Assembly (NCBI GenBank): GCA_951406725.2
Contig: OX597836.1
Span: 10,168,001-10,232,000, forward strand
Length of the DNA stretch: 64,000 nucleotides
Origin: Octopus vulgaris
Taxonomy: Eukaryota
Reading direction: 5' to 3'
A program made the position numbers and the translations under genes. The notes beneath the pieces are model-generated. The model did not search any database. It had not been told where the DNA came from and worked only from the letters and a program-made list of their open reading frames with translations. Positions 27,162 through 40,514 of the stretch are shown here, in pieces; the stretch's first letter is position 1, and each line of letters opens with the position of its first letter.

Positions 27162-27337
27162 ATAGTAGTAGTAGTAGTAGTAGTAGTTGTAGAAATGCCG
27201 ATTCAGTGCCGAAGGGGACGTGAAGAAAGACAGTATAGGTAGATATTTGCAATCTAAAGTAATCAGGGAGTCACCTCCTCCCTCAAATACACTCACACAC
27301 ATACTCACACACATACACACAGTTTCCTCTTGCGCTA

Positions 27338-27422
<85 letters not shown>

Positions 27423-27543
27423 AACACTTCACACTGGCTAAGTTCGGATTAGCTGTTCCATATATTATTCACAGCAAGAATTGCCTGTCTTAGATTACAC
27501 AAATAAACCTCTTTGGATCAGGATTGAGTGTGTATGCGTACAT

Positions 27544-27574
<31 letters not shown>

Positions 27575-27821
27575 AGTGATTGCAAGTGTGTGTATGTGTG
27601 CGTGTGATGGGAAATGTAGGGTGTTGTTGTTCGTATTATATATAATACCTTTTAACCCGCTGATCTAGAGAGTAAAGTGAAATTTAAGCTGATGCTCCTC
27701 TAAGTGGGATCGATTCTAGGTCTCTTGATACTCGCTATCAGATTTCTTGGGAATTAGCACTATCACTTGTTATGAATTCTAAACCTGGTGGCGTACACGG
27801 ACAAATGTGTTATTTCAATCA

Positions 27822-27855
<34 letters not shown>

Positions 27856-27924
27856 TTTGTATGTCTATATGTGTATGTGTGTGCTATGTTATAACATGGC
27901 TCGTCGTCCACTTGTATGCTGTCT

Positions 27925-28513
27925 TATTTCTTTACTACCCACAAGGGGCTAAACATAGAGGGGACAAACAAGGACAGACAAAGGGATCAAGTCGATTACA
28001 TCGACCCCAGTGCGTAACTGGTACTTAATTTATCGACCCCGAAAGGACGAAAGGCAAAGTCGACCTCGGCGAAATTTGAACTCAGAACGTAACGGCAGAA
28101 GAAATACCTATTTCTTTACTACCCACAAGGGGCTAAACAAAGAGGGGACAAACAAGGACAGACAAAGGGATCAAGTCGATTACATCGACCCCAGTGCGTA
28201 ACTGGTACTTAATTTATCGACTCCGAAAGGATGAAAGGCAAAGTCGACCACGGCGAAATTTGAACTCAGAACGTAACGGCAGACGAAAGCCCTATTTCTT
28301 TACTACTCACAAGGGGCTAAACACAGAGAGGACAGACAAAGGGATTAAGTCGATTACATCGACCCCAGTGCGTAACTGGTACTTATTTAATCGACCTCGA
28401 AAGGATGAAAGGCAAAGTCGACCTCGGCGGAATTTGAACTCAGAACGTAACGGCAGACGAAATACTGCTGAGCATTTCGCCCGGCGCCCTAACGTTTCTG
28501 CCAGCTCGCCGCC
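27925..28513 (-). mobile_element. SINE-B1 trimer, 184-bp period, single head
   Basis: Tail ends (tatttcttt) at 27925, 28109 and 28293. Confidence 0.9.
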
Positions 28514-28535
28514 TTCAATCGTCAGCACTGAAATA

Positions 28536-28821
28536 TTTTTTGTCGCCACTATTATGTTGTAGCATATTCCGCGTCTTCTCTTTGACTCGTCTATCGTGCT
28601 ATCATCGTTGATGGCTCCGCAAGACAACGACTTCGTAACGTCTCCCTTGACACTAACTCGGACTTGTATATATCACGAAACTGACACTGACTCCAACTTA
28701 GGACTCGTACAACGACTCTACTACTACTAACTGACCTCTACTACGACTGACTGTGTGACTTTATAGTGGCCACCATGCCACTTTGTCACGTGGGAAGGAG
28801 TGTACCATTTTCATTACAACA
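28536..28821 (-). mobile_element. Probable 5' LTR (267 bp) plus primer-binding site of an LTR retrotransposon
   Basis: The minus strand starts TGTTGTA (28821) and ends TACAACA (28555), a 7-bp terminal inverted repeat. It contains TATAAA and is followed by taatagTGGCGAC. Confidence 0.6.
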
Positions 28822-28867
28822 CACCACACACACACACACACAAAGTAAAAAAATGACTGAAAAATAG

Positions 28868-29021
28868 TTATTTGACTGCGGCCATGCTGGAGCCCCGCCT
28901 TTAGTCGAGCAAATCGACTCCAGGACTTATTCTTTGTCAGCCTAGTATTTATTCTATCGGTCTCTTTTGCCGAACACACCAGCATCGGTTGTCAAGCGAT
29001 GGTCGGGGGACAAACAGACAC

Positions 29022-29075
<54 letters not shown>

Positions 29076-29620
29076 ATACCACGGGCTTCTTTTAGTTTCC
29101 GTCTACCAAATCCACTCACAAGGCTTTGGTGGGCCCGAGGCTACAGTAGAAGACACTTGCCCAAGGTGCCACGCAGTGGGACTGAACCCGAAACCCTATG
29201 TTTGGTTAAGCAAGCTACTTACCACACAGCCACTCCTGCGCATTAACGCACCCACATGGTTCCGGGTTCAGTCCCACTGCGTGGCATCTTGGGCAAGTGT
29301 TTTTCTGCTATAGCCCCGGGCCAACCAATGCCTTGTGAGTGGATTTGGTAGACGGAAACTGAAAGAAGCCTGTCGTATATATGTATATATATATATATAT
29401 GTATGTGTGTGTATATGTTTGTGTGTCTGTGTTTGTCCCCCTAGCATTGCTTGACAACCGATGCTGGTGTGTTTACGTCCCCGTCACTTAGCGGTTCGGC
29501 AAAAGAGACCGATAGAATAAGTACTGGGCTTCCAAAGAATAAGTCTCGGGGTCGATCTGCTCGACTAAAGGCGGTGCTCCAGCATGGCCGCAGTCAAATG
29601 ACTGAAACAAGTAAAAGAGA
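28868..29620. mobile_element. Head-to-head inverted pair of SINE-A copies
   Basis: Minus copy at 28868-29241 and plus copy at about 29252-29620. Confidence 0.9.
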
Positions 29621-30526
29621 AAAAGGGAGAGATATAGTGATATTGAGTTTTAAAATTAGATTTTAATGACATCATGTTCGAAATTTTTTAGAGTTGTCCC
29701 TTTTTGTCAAACCCGAGAGCAAAATACCGTTAACTTCCGGTTTTCTCAAATCACTCGTCATCCTCTCTTTCAGGCGTAGTTTCAGCTTTTTTTTCTCCAT
29801 TTTCTTTTCGCTTTATCTCGCCTCTCATTAAATTGCTATATATTAACTATCTTGCCTCGTCCTTTCATACTTATTCCATTTAATTAGAACATCGACTAGA
29901 TTTAGCATGCACACATAAAAAATAAGAGTTCTTTCTCTTTATTTATATATATTTATCCATTTGTGTATTTATTAGTTCTTATCAGCTCATCGTAGCTTAT
30001 CTTCCGAAGCTATTCTTTAACACTTTCCAGATAGTTCGCTGTCATCGTTGATACATCTTGTCGTCTTTATCTTTCACAATCTTTCCAGTTTTGGTCGGCC
30101 AAATTCTCTCTATTTCTCCCTCTCATTCTGTTTGTCTGCCTCTTTCTTTCTTTCTTTGCCTCTCTCTATCCCACCGTTTCTCTTTTGTCTGTGTGTGGAC
30201 CTAACTGCAAACCCCCCGCCTCACTTATTGGGCTAATGCAAAGAAAGGAAGACAGCCGGAAGATGATATGCTCTTTATGTCTCCTTAATCTCGGCTGTAG
30301 AGTCCTTGTGGCGGCAGCTATTATTAAGTACTGATTAACCTGTAACACTGAATCTAATTTCATTGACCCTCACGCACACGAAAAAACATAACTCATTTAA
30401 ATATCGTTTTTCATCACAATCGACACCAACGCCATCAGCGTTTATCATCTTTATCGTTACAGACGTTAAAGACTTCAGAGTAAAATCTCGTTAAAGCCAG
30501 AGAAACCACTGACAATTGAAAACGGG

Positions 30527-32571
30527 GAAATGGCAAACGTTTACGATACAAGAATATTTTACTTAGATTCATCCCCTTTTCTGTTTTGTCTGGGGAGAGC
30601 CATTTTCTTTTTGTGCCTTGAAATGGCAAACGTTTATGATACAAGAATATTTTGGTTAGATTCATCCTCTTTTCTGTTGTGTCTGGGGAGAGCCATTTTC
30701 TTTTGTGCCTTGAAATGGCAAACGTTTATGATACAAGAATATTTTGGTTAGATTCATCCTCTTTTCTGTTGTGTCTGGGGAGAGCCATTTTCTTTTTGTG
30801 CCTTGAAATGGCAAACGTTTATGATACAAGAATATTTTGGTTAGATTCATCCTCTTTTCTGTTGTGTCTGGGGAGAGCCATTTTCTTTTTGTGCCTTGAA
30901 ATGGCAAACGTTTATGATACAAGAATATTTTGGTTAGATTCATCCTCTTTTCTGTTGTGTCTGGGGAGAGCCATTTTCTTTTTGTGCCTTGAAATGGCAA
31001 ACGTTTATGATACAAGAATATTTTGGTTAGATTCATCCTCTTTTCTGTTGTGTCTGGGGAGAGCCATTTTCTTTTTGTGCCTTGAAATGGCAAACGTTTA
31101 TGATACAAGAATATTTTGGTTAGATTCATCCTCTTTTCTGTTGTGTCTGGGGAGAGCCATTTTCTTTTTGTGCCTTGAAATGGCAAACGTTTATGATACA
31201 AGAATATTTTGGTTAGATTCATCCTCTTTTCTGTTGTGTCTGGGGAGAGCCATTTTCTTTTTGTGCCTTGAAATGGCAAACGTTTATGATACAAGAATAT
31301 TTTGGTTAGATTCATCCTCTTTTCTGTTGTGTCTGGGGAGAGCCATTTTCTTTTTGTGCCTTGAAATGGCAAACGTTTATGATACAAGAATATTTTGGTT
31401 AGATTCATCCTCTTTTCTGTTGTGTCTGGGGAGAGCCATTTTCTTTTTGTGCCTTGAAATGGCAAACGTTTATGATACAAGAATATTTTGGTTAGATTCA
31501 TCCTCTTTTCTGTTGTGTCTGGGGAGAGCCATTTTCTTTTTGTGCCTTGAAATGGCAAACGTTTATGATACAAGAATATTTTGGTTAGATTCATCCCCTT
31601 TTCTGTTGTGTCTGGGGAGAGCCATTTTCTTTTTGTGCCTTGAAATGGCAAACGTTTATGATACAAGAATATTTTGGTTAGATTCATCCCCTTTTCTGTT
31701 GTGTCTGGGAAGAGCCATTTTCTTTTTGTGCCTTGAAATGGCAAACGATTATGATACAAGAATATTTTGGTTAGATTCATCCTCTTTTCTGTTGTGTCTG
31801 GGAAGAGCCATTTTCTTTTTGTGCCTTGAAATGGCAAACGTTTATGATACAAGAATATTTTGGTTAGATTCATCCTCTTTTCTGTTGTGTCTGGGGAGAG
31901 CCATTTTCTTTTTGTGCCTTGAAATGGCAAACGTTTATGATACAAGAATATTTTGGTTAGATTCATCCTCTTTTCTGTTGTGTCTGGGGAGAGCCATTTT
32001 CTTTTTGTGTCTTGAAATGGCAAACGTTTATGATACAAGAATATTTTGGTTAGATTCATCCTCTTTTCTGTTGTGTCTGGGGAGAGCCATTTTCTTTTTG
32101 TGCCTTGAAATGGCAAACGTTTATGATACAAGAATATTTTGGTTAGATTCATCCCCTTTTCTGTTGTGTCTGGGGAGAGCCATTTTCTTTTTGTGCCTTG
32201 AAATGGCAAACGTTTATGATACAAGAATATTTTGGTTAGATTCATCCTCTTTTCTGTTGTGTCTGGGGAGAGCCATTTTCTTTTTGTGCCTTGAAATGGC
32301 AAACGTTTATGATACAAGAATATTTTGGTTAGATTCATCCCCTTTTCTGTTGTGTCTGGGGAGAGCCATTTTCTTTTTGTGCCTTGAAATGGCAAACGTT
32401 TATGATACAAGAATATTTTGGTTAGATTCATCCTCTTTTCTGTTGTGTCTGGGGAGAGCCATTTTCTTTTTGTGCCTTGAAATGGCAAACGTTTATGATA
32501 CAAGAATATTTTGGTTAGATTCATCCTCTTTTCTGTTGTGTCTGGGGAGAGCCATTTTCTTTTTGTGCCTT
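30527..32571. repeat. Minisatellite, 22 x 93 bp, near-identical units
   Basis: Unit gaaatggcaaacgtttatgatacaagaatattttggttagattcatcctcttttctgttgtgtctggggagagccattttctttttgtgcctt. The second unit is 92 bp. Confidence 0.97.
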
Positions 32572-32671
32572 ATAATGTAACACACTCACCGGTAAAATTT
32601 CCACTTATTTCTTATTTTTTCGAAGAATATTTTACTATAATATTATTAAATTCTAATCATTATTCTTTTAA

Positions 32672-33090
32672 TCTTTTTACTTGTTTCAGTCATTTGACTG
32701 CGGCCCTGCTGGAGCACCGCCTTTAGTCTAGCAAATCGACCCCAGGACTTATTCTTTGTAAGCCTAGTACTTATTCTATTGGTCTCTTTTGCTGAAACGC
32801 TAAGTTACGGGGACGTAAACACACCAGCATCGGTTGTCAAGCGATGTTGGGGGGGACAAACACAGGCACACAAACATATACACACACACACACATACACA
32901 TATATACATACATATGCATATATACGACGGGCTTCTTTCAGTTTCCGACTACCAAATCCACTCACAAGGCTTTGGTCGGCCCGAGGCTATAGAAGAAGAC
33001 ACTTGCCCAAGGTGCCACGCTGTGGGACTGAATCCGGAACCATGTGGTTGGTAAGCAAGCTACTTACCACACAGCCACTCCTACGCCTTA
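32672..33090 (-). mobile_element. SINE-A, full length
   Basis: Aligns to 1333-1740. Confidence 0.9.
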
Positions 33091-33504
33091 TACGCCTATA
33101 ATATAGGTTTCAAATTTTGGTTCAAAGCATGCAAGTTCGGGATAAGTAGTAAATCGGTTATATCGACTCCGGGGTTCATCTGATACTTACTGTATCGACC
33201 TATAATGGATGAAAGGCAAAGTCGGCCCCTGCAGAATTTGAACTCAAAACGTAAAGATGGGCGAAATGCCGCTAAGCATTCAACTCGGGTTCCTAAAAAT
33301 TCTGCCAGGTCGCCGCGTATATATTATATATAATATAAATGTATGATATATATGCATCTCTCTCTCTATCCTCCTTGTATTCTGTGTATACCCTCCCCCC
33401 CACACGCACACTCATTGTTTGCTACTTATCGATATCTTTCTAAAACTCGGATATATAAACGCATTTCCTTTTCCCCGTATTATTGGGTCAACCACACTGC
33501 TTTC

Positions 33505-33565
<61 letters not shown>

Positions 33566-33704
33566 TATACATATGTGCTCCAGCATGGCCACAGTCAAAT
33601 GACTGAAAGAAATAAAAGAATATTATATATATATATATACATATATATACATATATATTTATATACACATATATATACATATATATATATATACACATAT
33701 ATAT

Positions 33705-33767
<63 letters not shown>

Positions 33768-33777
33768 CATATAATCA

Positions 33778-33853
<76 letters not shown>

Positions 33854-34232
33854 TGATCATATGTTGGCAACTGCTATATTGGTCCAATCATGGCAGTACT
33901 GTTAGCCGGTCCTCATTGAGTTTCAACCTAAATGGGATCGATAAAAATAAGCAAAGAATGCTGAGCGCTGGGGCGTTTTGTTCCTAATATTGCCTTTTGA
34001 ATTATTTTTATCGTTAAACACTCGTTACTTTCGTTTTAGAATAAGGTTGGTTTCCTGAGTTCGCAGCACGGTTCCCTCTCATTTGGACAAGTTTTGTTTC
34101 TAAATATCGTGGAATATTTACGTCGCAGCAAGCCATGGTGTTTCTTGCTGTGTTGATTCTTGATTTAGTATCAGGCCGAATGGGTTTATATAACCACAAC
34201 AACAACAACAACAATAACAATAATAACAATAA

Positions 34233-34502
34233 TCCTTTCTGTTATAGGCTTAAGGCTTGAGGTTAGGGTTAGGGTTAGGGTTAGGGTTAGGGTTAGGGTT
34301 AGGGTTGAAATTTCGGGGAAGGGGATAGTCGAGTACATCGACCTCATCCCCCACTGCACTCAAACTAGTACTTATTTTATCGACCCCGAAAAAAATGCAA
34401 GACAAAGCCGATCTCGGCGGAATTTGAACTGTGAACGTAAAAACGGACGAAATGCCGCTGTGCATTTTTCCCGGACTACTAACCATTCTGCCAGCTCGCC
34501 TC
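34233..34502 (-). mobile_element. SINE-B2 (diverged) containing a telomeric-repeat insertion
   Basis: B core and head at 34330-34502. The tail matches 34933-34965 except for the insertion. Confidence 0.8.
34261..34306 (+). repeat. Interstitial telomeric repeat (TTAGGG)7
   Basis: gg(ttaggg)7tt, perfect units. Confidence 0.95.
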
Positions 34503-34503
34503 C

Positions 34504-34627
<124 letters not shown>

Positions 34628-34897
34628 CAGGCTTACCATCCTTACAGGAAGTGCAAAAAATCGTGTTAACTGGAACGGCTCATGTACTGAGAAGAGCATT
34701 ATCGCTGTGAAAACAACATCCATTCATAAATTTATTTATTTATTAATTTTAAAAATACATATTTTACCTGTGAATTTGCGTGTGTAATCTGGGAATGCAT
34801 ACAATGAGCTTCTTTGCCCTAGGTGTACGGAAAACACTCACGAGAAACGGAAGAAAATTTGAAGAAAGAAGGGAAAAAAAAAAAAAAAAAAAAAAAA

Positions 34898-34932
<35 letters not shown>

Positions 34933-34933
<1 letters not shown>

Positions 34934-35368
34934 CCTTTCTACTATAGACACAAGGCCTGAAATTTGAGAGAGAGAGAGATAGTCGATTACATCGACCCCA
35001 GTACTCAACTGGTACTTATTTTATCGAACCCGAAAGGATGAAAAGCAAAGTCGACCTCATCGGAATTCGAACTCAGAACGTAAAGACGGAGGAAATGCCG
35101 CAAAGGATTTTATCCGGCGTGCAAACGATTCTGGGGGCGATTCATTCGACTACAATTCTTTAAGGAGGTGCCCCAGCATGGCCGCAATCTAATGACTGAA
35201 ACAAGTAAAAGAGAGAGAAAAGTAGCTTGCTAACCAACCACATGGTTCCGGGTTCAGTCCCACTGCGTGGCATCTTGGGCAAGTGTCTTCTGCTATAGCC
35301 TCGGGCCAACCAATGCCTTGTGAGTCGATTTGGTAGACGGAAACTGAAAGAAGCCTGTCGTATATATG

Positions 35369-35399
<31 letters not shown>

Positions 35400-35620
35400 A
35401 TGTGTTTGTGTGTCTGTGTTTGTCCCCCTAGCATTGCTTGACAACCGATGCTGGTGTGTTTACGTCCCCGTAACTTAGCGGTTCGGCAAAAGAGACCGAT
35501 AGAATAAGTACTGGGCTTACAAAGAATAAGTCCTGGGGTCGAGTTGCTCGATTAAAGGCGGTGCTCCAGCATGGCCGCAGTCAAATGACTGAAACAAGTA
35601 AAAGAGTAAAAGAGAAAGAG
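34933..35620. mobile_element. Cluster: SINE-B2 (minus, 34933-35133), SINE-A tail (plus), SINE-A (plus, 35221-35620)
   Basis: Family blocks are recognisable by eye. Confidence 0.85.
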
Positions 35621-36235
35621 AGATATATGGACAGGATGACTTCTTCACTATATAAGTCAATAAACTAAGATTCAAATTATTGGGACCTGCTAAAAAAGTG
35701 GGTGGCTGGGAGATCCTCGCAAAGTACTCAGTTAATAGCCGGATAATAATAATTGGCCAGACCGGTTGGTCGTTAGTACTGACAAAACATCGTACTATAA
35801 AATAATGCTTTCAAAGCATTATTTTACGTAAAATTCTTGCCAAAAGTAATCAAACCCAGCGTAATAATAAAAACAGACAAATAGATACACAGCCTCCTTC
35901 CTTTCATGCTGTCGGTATAAGTTTTATCCTTTTTTTAAATTTTGTTTTATATTATTTATTTATTTATTTGGTTGGTTCAAAACATCTGTTGATCATATCA
36001 ACCAGATAAAATAAGGACAGCAAAAATTAGGTTTATCACCCAACGGAGACTACTACTACTACTACTACTACTACTACTGCTACTACTACTACCACCACCA
36101 CCACCACCACCACCACTCCTCCTCCTACTACTACTACTACTACTGCCGCTGCTGCTGCTGCAACTACTACTACTACTACTACTACTTCTACTACTACTAC
36201 TACTACTGCTGTTGCTGCTGCTGCTGCAACTACTA

Positions 36236-36270
<35 letters not shown>

Positions 36271-36282
36271 GCTGCTGCTGCA

Positions 36283-36330
<48 letters not shown>

Positions 36331-36702
36331 GATGTTGATGATAACGATGATGGCGACTATGATGATGATGATGATGATGATGACGATTTCAAATTTTAAC
36401 GCAAGGCCGACAATTTTGCGAGGAACGGTTAGAACAATTACATCGATCCGAGTAGTTATCCGATACTTTATTTTATCGACACCGAAAGGACGAAAGGCAA
36501 AATTGACCAAGGCGACATTCCAGCTCAGATCCGGAAAAAATGCCTCTAAGCATTTTGTCCGACGCGCTAACGATTCTGTCAGATTGCTGTCTGTTCGATC
36601 TCGTTGCTTGACCGGTGGTCAAACGATTCTGTCAGGGCGAATCTTATAAAAGCCGTCATTAACGTCATGATTTTTGGTGTACTGATGGGCGGCAAATTAA
36701 TT

Positions 36703-36872
36703 TGCTGGCTGTGTGGTAAGAAGCTTGCTTCCCAACCACATGGTTCCGGGTTCAGTCCTACTGCGTGGCACTTTGGGCACGTGTTTCTACTATAGCCACG
36801 TGTCGACCAAAGCCTTGTGAGTGGATTTGGTGGACAGAAACTGAAAGAAGTCCGCCGTGTGTATGTAAATAC

Positions 36873-36905
<33 letters not shown>

Positions 36906-37433
36906 CGTGTGCGTGTGTGTTTGTCCCACCACCTCTTGAGAACCGGTGTTGGTGTGTTTACGTCCCCGTAACGTAGCGGTCCGGCAAAAAGACCGATAGA
37001 ATAAGTACTAAGCTTTAAAATGTCCTGTGGTCAAGTTGTTTGACTAAAACTCTTCAAGGCATTGCTCCAGATTGGCCACAGTCAAGTGACTTGAAACCAG
37101 TAAGAAAAAAGATATAAAAAATAGATAAGCCTCGAGCCAACCAAAACCTTGTGAGTGGATTTGGTAGATGGAAACTGAAAGGAGCCTGTCATATATAGGT
37201 GTGTATGTTTGTCCCCCACCACCACTTGACAACTGGTGTTAGTTTGTTTACATCCCTGTTACTTAATGGATTGGCAAAAGATATTGATAGAATAAGTACC
37301 AGGCTCTAAAAATGAAATAAGTACTGTGGTAAGGGGTGGGGTGATTCATTTGACAAAAAAAAAAATTTGGTGGTGCCCCAGCATGGCCACAGTCTAATGA
37401 CTGAAACAAATGACAGATAAAAAAGTGAATGAA

Positions 37434-37465
<32 letters not shown>

Positions 37466-37937
37466 AAAAAGGTGTGACTTAAGAGGAAGTATTTACTGAG
37501 GTGTGTTTCAAACTGCACGAGGGTGGTTCGACGTTAGATTCCTTGAGAGCCAAGCGTAACGCGGTCATTGAGTCTAGAGGTAGGAAAGATCAGTGAAATA
37601 ATTCCATTGAAGCATGAAACATTTTTAAAAAATGAATAAATAAGAAAATAAAGAATGGAATTATCGCCATTGAGGTTGTTGTGGAGAAAGCTTAAAGGTA
37701 GAATTGTCAAGGGTCTACTCTTTTTACTCTTTTATTTGTTTCAGTCATGTGACTGTGGCCATGCTGGAGCACCGCCTTTTGGTCGAGCAAATCGAAACCC
37801 CCCCCCAGGACTTATTCTTTGTAAGCCCAGTACTTATTCTATCGGTCCTCTTTTGCCGAACCGCTAAGTTACGGGTGACATAAACACACCAGCCTCGGTT
37901 GTCAAGCGATGTTGGGGGGACAAACACAGACACACAA

Positions 37938-37972
<35 letters not shown>

Positions 37973-38135
37973 CGACGGGCTTCTTTTAGTTTCCGTGTAC
38001 CAAATCCACTCACAAGGCTTTGGTCGGCCTGAGGCTATAGTAGAAGACACTTGCCCAAGGTGCCACGCAGTGGGACTGAACCCGGAACCATGTGGTTTGT
38101 ATGCAAGCTACTTACCACAGCCACTCCTACGCCTA
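36703..38135. mobile_element. Three SINE-A copies (plus 36703-37110, plus 37128-37420, minus 37715-38135)
   Basis: Family blocks are recognisable. The two plus copies are more diverged. Confidence 0.85.
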
Positions 38136-38882
38136 TGTGATGTTTCTGTTCATCTTCTTTGGTTTTCTTTCCCTTTTTTTTTCTGTTCATGTTAGCAGTT
38201 TTATGGATTTGCAATAGAATTAAATATTGCAAAAACTGGGTTAGTGTAATGCTCATTTTTTAAATATAACGTACTCTGTTTGCTGACTTAAAAGATGCCC
38301 GGACGCATTAGACGCACCCCAATTACACTAGCGCGTGTTCTGGAAAAAGGATTGTAATGTCATGAAATAGGGACAAAGTTCGCTTATAGGGATAAGATGT
38401 GCTTGTATATTTCAATTATATGAGTTAACTTTCCAAGAATAGTGTCTTCTTTTAGGTACGGGATTCAAGGTTTTTTCTTTCTGTTTTTTTTTTCCTTTTC
38501 TTTTTCTTTTTTGTTTCATTCTATGTTGGTTCGAGCCTCCGCAAACGAGTTGAAAATAAGATGCAGCGGCACCGATCATATATGCTTATATCGATCCCAG
38601 TACTCAATTGGTACTTATTTTATCGATTCCGAAAGGATGAAAGGCAAAGTCTACCTCGGTGGAATTTGAAATCAGAACGTAAAGCCGGAAGAAATGCCAC
38701 CAAGCATTTCAAGCCTGGTATTTATTCTATCGAACCCTTTTGCCGAACCACTAATTCACGGAGACGTAAACACACCAACACCTGTTGTCAAGCGGAAGCA
38801 GGGTACACAGGCTCGAAGACACACACGCACACGCATGTATGTCTATGTGTTTGCTATTCAAAGACGAACGAATGAAATATAT

Positions 38883-39113
38883 GTTTCTTTATTGCCCACA
38901 AGGGGCTAAACTTAGAGGGGACAAACAAGGATAGACAAACGGATTAAGTCGATTACATCGACCCCAGTGCGTAACTGGTACTTAATTTATCGACCCCGAA
39001 AGGATGAAAGGCAAAGTCGACCTCGGAGGAATTTGAACTCAGAACGCAACGACAGACGCAATACCGCTAAGCATTTCGCCCGGTGTGCTAACGTTTCTGC
39101 CAGCTCACCGCCT
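38883..39113 (-). mobile_element. SINE-B1, full length
   Basis: Complete head, core and tail. Confidence 0.9.
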
Positions 39114-40186
39114 TATATCATTTCATTCCTTTATGTGGAGTTTGGGTGTGGTGAGAAACGTATTACCTTTATTTCAATTACTCGTGTAACGAACAATTTT
39201 GATTAACGAACGGGGCTCCGGAATGAATTATATTCGTATATAGAGACCGCACTGTATTATATATTATATTATATTATATTATATGTTATCAACTGTACCT
39301 TTAACTAATTTGATAGTAATTTGTCTCGAAGTTTGAAACTAAAGAATATGTGTGTGTTCTGTAACGCAGCTCAGTGAATAACGGAGGTATTGAATTAATG
39401 ATCTAAACAAACTATACAAACTCCACTTACTTTGGGCAGACAGACGAAGCTATCAGACGAGCAGACAAGCAGGCAGCAGGATAGCTTGATCAAATTATTG
39501 CTATATCTTCTGGAAGAACTTGTGTTTTGGTTTCTCCAAGAGTGTAAATATTTTCTTAAGACGGTGTATAATGGCTCTTCTGAACGTCTTTCATCTCAAT
39601 ACGCGACCCTGCTTCATTAATCAGCAACGGTAGACTTATATTAACATTCCACAACATTTACATCGCATGTTTGCGATATTTAATCGTTCTAAATAATTGT
39701 TCATTTGTCGTAAATATGGTTAGCAAACAGTAAATCTTTTGCTTTGTGGTTTGTTTGTTTGTCAGATTTTCCCCCTAGTTTGTCCCTACCCTATTCGGTT
39801 CCAAACCTGTACCCATAACTTCCTTAAAGAGATGCTGCTCTTTAGATTTAATTAAATCAGATTTGTGTTGTACTTTATACTAAGTTCTTTTTCTGGTCCA
39901 TCTCAGCGGTATTATTTGGTAAGTAAACTGACTAGATTAGGTCTTCTTTTGAATTGTTTTTCATTTATTAGGGGTCAAAGATTATAAGCTGATAATTATA
40001 ATACAAAGACGGTGGATTGGCAGACTCGTTAGAGCGTCAAATATACTGCTTTGCGTTCTAGGTTCAAATCCTGTCAACGTCAATTTTTCTTTTCCCTCCT
40101 TTCGGTCGATAAACAAAATACCAGTCTTGTACCAGGATCGATTCTTCTCTATCCCTCACTCTTTCTTTCTGACTGGCTCTCCAGAA

Positions 40187-40442
40187 GAGAGCTTCTCAAC
40201 CAATTTTTATTTATCACTGGACCCCTTTAAATCCTATTTTACTCGGCTTCACCCCCATAGCCATTCGACGTTTTAAAAATCCTATTATATTTTATAATAA
40301 AATTAAATATTATTAGGAACTGTATTTTAAAAAAATATTTTGTGTATTGAAGAAATATAAACAATCTATTGCACTTGAGCTTAAGCAACAAAATCCAATA
40401 TGAACCCTCAATGGTCATATCGGGCTCGGTTGAGAATCCCTG
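40187..40442. mobile_element. hAT-type MITE
   Basis: Ends gagagcttctcaacc and ggttgagaatccctg, with 8-bp flanks ctccagaa and ctcgagaa (7/8 match, TSD-like). Confidence 0.65.
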
Positions 40443-40514
40443 CTCGAGAAGAAATCGGTTTTGATCAGACCCGTAAGTAGACTGCGTTAGGTTTAAAAGA
40501 TGGCCAAGATATGC

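Noticed and set aside
30527-32571. CRISPR-like array
   Set aside because: Units are contiguous and near-identical with no unique spacers and no cas genes, in a eukaryotic context.
30652-32580. 642-aa and 620-aa ORFs on opposite strands as repeat proteins
   Set aside because: They are open only because the 93-bp unit is a multiple of 3 and lacks stops in those frames. A 1-bp deletion in unit 2 shifts frame, and part of the unit derives from a dispersed repeat.
38265-39255. Tc2-like left end (about 38265-38320) and Tigger-like end (about 39180-39255)
   Set aside because: Single degenerate ends with no partner TIR found, too weak to call.
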